Source: Lingula anatina (lineage: Eukaryota; Animalia; Brachiopoda). From it: a DNA stretch of 64,000 nucleotides. Below the pieces are notes generated by a model. It saw nothing but the letters and a program-made list of their open reading frames with translations. It did not search any database and had not been told where the DNA came from. The stretch spans positions 15,584,534-15,648,533 of the forward strand of contig CM120644.1 in assembly GCA_051362555.1 (NCBI GenBank). Direction: 5' to 3'. Below, in pieces: positions 56,826 to 64,000 of the stretch; the stretch's first letter is position 1, and each line of letters begins with the position of its first letter. The translations under genes were made by a program, and so were the position numbers.

Positions 56826-57256
56826 TTTATAGACTAAGAGACTTAAGAGACTGTTTCATTACTTTTGTTTTATTATGGACAGTTCAGAGACTATGATAAC
56901 ATATGTTAATTGAATTTCAGTTATTATTCATTTTATGTTAAAGTCAGAGACTGTTATAACAATGGATTTCATTCATGGAAAAGGATATTCATGGAGGACA
57001 TTTAAGAAATGGAAAGTGATCAATGAGGACAATAATTCATGGAGGTTACCATGAAGGACATTTGATTAAGTAACAATAATTAAACAGTGGACATTGTGTT
57101 TAAGATTGACATTTAAGGAGTATGGTTAACTTTAGATGTACCATATAACTGATGTGTTTATATTGTAAAGTGTACTTCATACATAGAATTAAGTTCTGTC
57201 CTTTAGAAGTATATTAGGTAAATGTTCAATTTATAATCTCACATTTAAGGGGCCGG

Positions 57257-57842
57257 TGTAAAGGACATAACCTGTCACCCCTACCATATAGTATAGTCCA
57301 CACACCCCTATTAATAATAGGCACTGCCACTTACCACTTAGCATGAGTAGTTGATTAGACAGACAGCTTAGGTGCAAGCAGTTGAGTTTATGCAGACATC
57401 CAAGAAGATAGAAATTTGTCATACAAAAAGAGGACAAAAAAATTGTAAGTTTCATGTACTTTGCTTTTAACAACTGTCATTGTTACTATCAAATTCATAT
57501 TGAGTGAAAATTTAGTTTTAGGGAAATATATTGTGGTATTTAAAAGTCTCGGTAAAATTTGGGTGTGGACTCGTGGATAATTCAAAAGAAGTGTCATTTT
57601 TCTTTATTATTTAATGTATTCACTTTATTAATATTTATTTATCTGTTTGTTTCTTTATTTCTATATATAATGTGCTCTAGGTTTTTTATCAGTTATTTAA
57701 GCATTTTTTCTTTTATTTTATTTACAGATTTGAACCATACACACATGAGTATCTTCACACAAGTTTGTGTAAAGAGACAATAAACTAACCGTATGAGTAC
57801 AAATACAGTCTTCTCTTTTGTATTGAAGTGTCACCCGTCACA
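57257..57842 (+). repeat. 3' LTR
   Basis: Same sequence and length as the 5' LTR; preceded by polypurine tract. Confidence 0.97.
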
Positions 57843-57939
57843 CACCCGTCGCTATTTTCTCTCCCTCTCTCTATCTCTCTCTCTCTCTCGAGCAATGCAA
57901 ATATTGTTTCCTGTTATATCGATATCATTATCTCAGTAC

Positions 57940-57941
<2 letters not shown>

Positions 57942-58005
<64 letters not shown>
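57942..58005. repeat. (TA)n microsatellite; others at 44195-44247 and 62270-62333
   Basis: Visible directly. Confidence 0.95.
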
Positions 58006-58011
<6 letters not shown>

Positions 58012-58336
58012 TGTTTTGGAATTTTCATGCTTAAATAAGTAAAGGCGCTTTTTATTATTAGAGAGCTTTTTAGATTGTTCATGGGAAACTAATTTTACAA
58101 ATAAATAAACAGGAATGTATTTTTATACACGCCCCTTTTTAACAAACTACCATAGATTGAAAACAATATTTTCTTCAGTAAAAAGACCATCAGTTGTTTT
58201 ATGAACTTATCCATTCTCAGCTTAAAATAATGAAATATTCCAAACTTATGTCACACAATTAACAGAAAGCTCCCTTTCCTTGGATACCATAATTTTTATA
58301 TGGGTAAACTAAAGAAATGCATTTTTGTTTTTAGAG

Positions 58337-58409
58337 ATGGCATTAAGAGGATGTCTTCAGCGGAGAACACTACTGATACTGGCTGTAGGGATGACATTTC
58401 ACCAAACAT
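58337..58409 (+). CDS. First coding (signal peptide) exon of FReD paralog 2 (MALRGCLQRRTLLILAVGMTFHQT)
   Basis: Near-identical to 38897-38969, same acceptor and gtaagt donor, phase 1. Confidence 0.8.
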
Positions 58410-58610
58410 GTAAGTAGCAGAAACTGTATATTTGTCCAAGGGACCGTTCACATTGAATTTTGATAACCTAGCTAATGCTCTCTAACCTACAGGGACTCTC
58501 ACTGAATACAATCAGATCACAAGGCTTACATGCATCCTCCTTGCTTAGAGTACAATACAGAAAAGCTAATGTTTATACGAGTACGGTAGAAAAAAAGGAA
58601 ACAAGTATTA

Positions 58611-61600
58611 ACTAGACTGCAACTGGCTAAAGCCAGTGGCGGAGGATTCCCCTGCAAAATAGGTGTAAAAATGCTCTTACAAGGTCATGTGAAGGTCATG
58701 GGTTAAATTTGACCCCATATCCTGAAAGAGCATGTGCGAATTGGGGGGGGGGGGGGGGTCAACAAAACATCACTTTTAGCCCACTTCAATATTTCTCCAT
58801 TAAATAGCCGAATGACCTTGAAAATGAGGGTCAAGGTCAAATTTGACATTTGATTTGGGGGTTTTGGGTATATGTTTGGGGTAGTTTACTATAGCATGCT
58901 ATGACCAAAAACCAGTGTTTCAAGGAGAAACTGCCAAACTCAAGATTTCTGCAATGTCATAAATATTTAAAAATCTATATTAAAAAAAGTAATTAGGCAG
59001 TCGCTACCAAAGTACGGCTAACCTTAGACAAATATATAGGGCACCATTTGCCACTATGATCGGGGCTCTATGATATCCGGTTTCTGAGATCTCGGAAACA
59101 AACCTTTTTTGAGCCCGTTTGGCCATTAGCGACCTTGACCTTGACCTACTTGCATAAAAGTAGGTCATTACATGTGGATTCACCTCAGTATCACTGACTA
59201 TAAGGCCCATAGCCATACGGCTTATACTTAAGGCCTAATGTCAATTTCAAAATTTACAAATTTTGCCTTTAAAAGCCCCTGTGACCTTGAAAAGTAGGTC
59301 AAGGTCACTGAAACTGGGTCTGTGGCATATTCTGGCCATAGGCTACCTATGTAAATTATTTCAGATTTTTTGCGAAAAAAAACGCGCGGAAAGAATAATA
59401 ACTATAATAATAATAATAACTAGACTGCAACTGGCTAAAGCCAGTGGCGGAGGATTCCCCTGCAAAATATGTGCGGAAATGCTCTTACAAGGTCATGTGA
59501 AGGTCATGGGTTAAATTTGATCCCATATTCTGAAAGAGCATATGCGAATTGGGGGGGGGGGGGGTCAACAAAACATCACTTTTAGCCCACTTCAATATTT
59601 CTCCATGAAATAGCCAAATGACCTTGAAAATGAGGGTCAAGGTCAAATTTGACATTTGATTTAGGGTTTTTGGGTATATGTTTGGGGTAGTTTACTATAG
59701 CATGCTATGACCAAAAACCAGTGTTTCATGGAGAAATTGCCAAACTCAAGATTTCTGCGATGTCATAAATATTTAAAAATCTATATTAAAAAAAGTAATT
59801 AGGCAGTCGCTACCAAAGTACGGCTAACCTTAGATAAATATATAGGGCATCATTTGCCACTATGATTGGGGCTCTGGGCCTTCCGGTTTTTGAGATCTTG
59901 GAAACAAACCTTTTTTGAGCCTGTTTGGCCATTAGCGACCTTGACCTTGACCTACTTGCATAAAAGTAGGTCATTATCTGTGGATTTGGCTCATTATTAT
60001 TGGCCATAAGGCCCTTGGCCATATGGCTTATACTTTAGGCCTAATGGCAATTTCAAATTTTACAAAATTTGCATTTAAAAGCTCCTGTGACCGTGAAAAG
60101 TAGGCCAAGGTCACTAAAACTGGGTCTATAGCATATTCTTACCATAGGCTACCTATGTAAATTATTTCAGATTTTTTGTGAAAAAAAACGCGCGGAAAGA
60201 ATAATAACTAGACTGCAACTGGCTTAAGCCAGTGGCGGAGGATTCCCCTGCAAAATAGGTGTAAAAAATGCTCTTACAAGGCCATGTGAAGCTCATGGGT
60301 TAAATTTGACCCAATATTCTGAAAGAGCATGTGCGAATTGGAGGGGGGGGGGTCAACAAAACATCACTCTAGCCCACTGCAATATTTCTCCATGAAATAG
60401 CTGAATGACCTTGAAAATGAGGGTCAAGGTCAAATTTGACATTTGATTTAGGGTTTTTGGGTATATGTTTGGGGTAGTTTACTATAGCATGCTATGACCA
60501 AAAACCAGTGTTTCATGGAGAAATTGCCAAACTCAAGATTTCTGCGATGTCATAAATATTTAAAAATCTATATTAAAAAAAGTAATTAGGCAGTCGCTAC
60601 CAAAGTACGGCTAACCTTAGATAAATATATAGGGCATCATTTGCCACTATGATTGGGGCTCTGGGCCTTCCGGTTTTTGAGATCTTGGAAACAAACCTTT
60701 TTTGAGCCTGTTTGGCCATTAGCGACCTTGACCTTGACCTACTTGCATAAAAGTAGGTCATTATCTGTGGATTTGGCTCATTATTATTGGCCATAAGGCC
60801 CTTGGCCATATGGCTTATACTTTAGGCCTAATGGCAATTTCAAATTTTACAAAATTTGCATTTAAAAGCTCCTGTGACCTTGAAAAGTAGGCCAAGGTCA
60901 CTAAAACTGGGTCTATAGCATATTCTTACCATAGGCTACCTATGTAAATTATTTCAGATTTTTTGTGAAAAAAAACGCGCGGAAAGAATAATAACTAGAC
61001 TGCAACTGGCTTAAGCCAGTGGCGGAGGATTCCCCTGCAAAATAGGTGTAAAAAATGCTCTTACAAGGCCATGTGAAGCTCATGGGTTAAATTTGACCCA
61101 ATATTCTGAAAGAGCATGTGCGAATTGGAGGGGGGGGGGTCAACAAAACATCACTCTAGCCCACTGCAATATTTCTCCATGAAATAGCTGAATAACCTTG
61201 AAAATGAGGGTCAAGGTCAAATTTGCCATTTGATTTGGGGATTTTGGGCATATGTTTGGGGTAGTTTACTATAGCATGCTATGACCAAAAACCAGTGTTT
61301 CATGGAGAAATTGCCAAACTCAAGATTTCTGCAATGTCATAAATATTTTAAAATCTATATTAAAAAAAGTAATTAAGCAATCGCTACCAAAGTACGGCTA
61401 ACCTTAAATAAATATATAGGGAATCATTTGGCACTACGATCGGGGCTCTGGGACTTCCGGTTTCTGACATCTCGGAAACAAACCTTTTTTGAGCCCGTTT
61501 GGACATTAGCGACCTTGACCTTGACCTACTTGCATAAAAATAAGTCATTATCTGTGGATTCACCTCAGTATCACTGACCATAAGGCCCATAGCCATACGG

Positions 61601-61825
61601 CTTATACTTAAGGCCTAATGTCAATTTCAAATTTTACAAAATTTGCCTTTAAAAGCCCCTGTGACCTTGAAAAGTAGGTCAAGGTCACTGAAACTGGGTC
61701 TATGGCATATTCTTACCATAGGCTACCTATGTAAATTATTTCAGATTTTTTACGAAAAAAAACGCGTCGAAAGAATAATAATAATAATACTACCAAAAAC
61801 AATAGTATTCCCCTATGGGGAATCC

Positions 61826-61859
<34 letters not shown>

Positions 61860-61932
61860 ACCAAAAACAATAGTATTCCCCTATGGGGAATCCTAATAAT
61901 AATAATAATAATAAGACCAAAAACAATTATTC
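58611..61932 (-). mobile_element. Nested/tandem array of non-autonomous Helentron (DINE-1/HINE-like) elements; four ~790-810-bp bodies and 2 complete + 1 partial opposite termini
   Basis: Units start ACTAGACTGCA at 58611, 59419, 60207, 60994; hairpin ACTGGC-TAAA-GCCAGT; subterminal inverted repeats AGGATTCCCC / GGGGAATCCT; palindrome ATTCCCC-TAT-GGGGAAT at 61807 and 61875; (AAT)n; recurring TGACCTTGA; absent from the paralogous intron near 39170. Confidence 0.75.
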
Positions 61933-62267
61933 ACTGTCAGTATATACAATATAGGTCCATCTGAAAAAAAGAAAGAAAAAAGAGACCACCCCGCCTTAGC
62001 ATTATTTTAAGGATTTTTAAGTGAAGAGAAAGGAAATGTTATTGACGTAGCAGACTATATAATGATGACCATGGCTGAGGATGGTCTTTTTTCAGCCGTG
62101 TACGCTGTGACTGAGCCTACTAAGCTCCGTACGTACGTCGTACGTAGTAATCGAATGCAATTTTCAGAAATTATTTCTAGCCAAAAAATTGCATCAAACA
62201 TTCTAGAATTTGAAGTGCATGCAAGTGTCCAGCTGTTTGTTTGTTTAAGAAGCCGGCACGGATCGTT

Positions 62268-62336
<69 letters not shown>

Positions 62337-63987
62337 TTTTTTTTTACTATGATTCTGTTTTATGTTGATATTTAGTTTGGCTTCACCTATGACGTGTAAG
62401 AGCACAGTGAGATCAAAAGCGGTCCACACCGAGACTTTTTTTTTTTTTTTTTTATCTAAGCAAGCCCCTTGGATGAGTGTGTCATTAAAAAACGTTCAAA
62501 TATGTAAAATCTGGTGCGCTTTTCATTCAAGCAATTGCGACGATGTCAATATTTGGAAAAAATGTATACAGCAAATAATCCAGTATAGAAAATACCATTT
62601 TTGTCTGCTGAACGCGATTGTGGTATGACAGGGACAAGTCCATTATTATTATTATTATTTGGAAGGGGGGGGGGGCATTTTTAATGGGTTTTTAAGGAAT
62701 GACAGGCCTCGGATACGAAATCGACCCTCTCCCCCCTTGGGGAATATTAGGGGAATATAAGTGTTCTTTTTTTAAGAAGCCTAAATCCGCCACTGAGGTA
62801 CATCCTCTACCAATGTCGCAGATAATTACGTGCACCATTTGCTGACAGTGCAGAAATGTAACATCACTTTTCAAGCGAAATCTAGTGAAAAATCAATATG
62901 TGACTCGGGTAAAGGGCAACCAAGGTACGTGTATAATGCCAGGTCCAATGGTTTGCCTGTTCTGCTTCGAATGAGAAAATAATGAAGATACTCTCTTTAA
63001 TGGTGTACACATTTGCAGAATGCAAGCTAGATTATATCCAAGGGGAGTACAAAAATGACAGCAATGTACTCTGTTTCTATTTTGAATTGTTCCAGAAACG
63101 TTTTGTGGGTTGTTATGCCATGTGAAACAAATGATAAAATTTGTATTTTAATAATTGAAATTCTTTATGCTTTATGCTGACAAAGTTAAACGGAAAGTAA
63201 TTTCATTAAAACCGACTCGAAGTCATTTGTTATAGGATCTCAGGTGATGAGTTAAACAAATGCACGCCCTGAAATTGTATGAAAAAAAGCACAATCTTTT
63301 CTAGTACGTAAATGGCAAACATTTTTAATCCAATGGTGTGGCTGATACGGCTTGCTGATCGAGATTGATGACAGCCATCAACGAGTGCAATTTTTACCAG
63401 GGGCCCTTTGAGTTATTACAAAATTTGCTAAAGAAATCTTAAAAGATGAATGAATTGAAGGATGGATGGAAAAATGAATGAATCAATTGACAAGGGAATA
63501 TGAAGGTATGTAGGGTGTTAGGGAGGCAAACTGACAGAAAGAGAAAGAAAGAAAGGAAGAAAAGAAAGGTAGATAGTACTCAGCTATTAATGTTCCCCAT
63601 ACTCGCAAGACTATAGGTATGTTAGAGGTGCATGCGATCTATAGGGCTGCTACATACCATCTTCTGCCAAAAATAATAAAAAAAACACAATTAAAAACAA
63701 GCGATGTAAATTTTAAGAAACGTTTATTTTCTACGGCAAAAAGATAAATAGAAATGTTTACGAAACGCCAGACAAAAGAGGTAAGTTGCTTAACTTAGCT
63801 GGTTGGTAATAGGCGACTTTTTCTGTAGGGTCGGTATGCGAGATTCATTTGTTTTTGTAATTTTTATTCTCTTTAATTGTTTTTTTTTCAATTGCTTTAA
63901 TAGTGCGTTAAGATGCAATCTATGTCTATAAAGCAAAACAGCAAATTTAAACCAGGTTCTTATTAATTAATTTATTTATTCCTATAG

Positions 63988-64000
63988 TGGCAGGTTTACT
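63988..64000 (+). CDS. Probable start of second coding exon of FReD paralog 2 (runs out of window)
   Basis: cctatag acceptor at the position homologous to 42032; reads L-A-G-L in phase 1. Confidence 0.5.

Larger units (their letters stand above)
50638..57842 (+). mobile_element. Full-length Bel/Pao LTR retrotransposon (7205 bp), 5-bp TSD CACCC
   Basis: TG...CA LTRs 50638-51223 and 57257-57842 (586 bp each, no differences seen); CACCC at 50633-50637 and 57843-57847; purine-rich tract AAGGGGCCGG before the 3' LTR; Gag-PR-RT-RH-IN order. Confidence 0.97.
48080..64000 (+). repeat. Diverged tandem segmental duplicate of ~35057-42030 (part of FERM gene 3' UTR + FReD upstream region, exons 1-2 and intron 2)
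   Basis: Colinear homologous blocks: 35057-35670~48080-48660, 37715-37990~48670-48985, 38130-38680~49590-50637, 38800-39170~58230-58610, 40190-41975~62490-63945. Confidence 0.9.

Noticed and set aside
57833-57850. CACCCGTC present both at the LTR end and in the flank, hinting at homology-directed integration
   Set aside because: A clean 5-bp TSD and TG..CA ends indicate normal integrase insertion; one 8-nt match is compatible with chance.
59004-61828. Repeated 61-83-aa ORFs (YASRSRSRSLM.., MPLKAPVTLK..) suggesting a tandem small-protein cluster
   Set aside because: They are incidental frames within the non-coding Helentron-like unit; SRSRS comes from the TGACCTTGACC motif.
58611-61932. CRISPR-like or retrozyme-like array
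   Set aside because: Eukaryotic context, ~790-bp homologous units with no unique spacers, and no CTGATGA...GAAA hammerhead core seen.

Overview
AT-rich, microsatellite-rich animal genomic DNA, probably from a lophotrochozoan invertebrate such as a mollusc (inferred from repeat and gene content). (1) 4747-34320 (+): the 3' part of a yurt/EPB41L5/EPB41L4B-type FERM+FA gene. I reconstructed 18 phase-consistent GT-AG coding exons (1065 aa in window) ending in the PDZ-binding motif ITEL, plus candidate microexons, a 1122-nt NPF-rich exon and RBFOX motif clusters. (2) 38897-45554 (+): a complete 6-coding-exon gene for a 321-aa secreted PAN/apple + fibrinogen-domain protein. (3) From about 48080 to the window end: a diverged tandem duplicate of the ~35050-42030 segment, carrying the start of a second paralog. 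Its intron 1 holds a young full-length Bel/Pao LTR retrotransposon (50638-57842). That element has apparently identical 586-bp LTRs, a CACCC TSD, a TACATGTA insertion in RT, an integrase frameshift, a non-canonical PBS and an intron-like segment in each LTR. Its intron 2 holds a nested array of Helentron/DINE-1-like elements (58611-61932). Several MITE families occupy introns. All calls were made by eye; no alignments or database searches were run.
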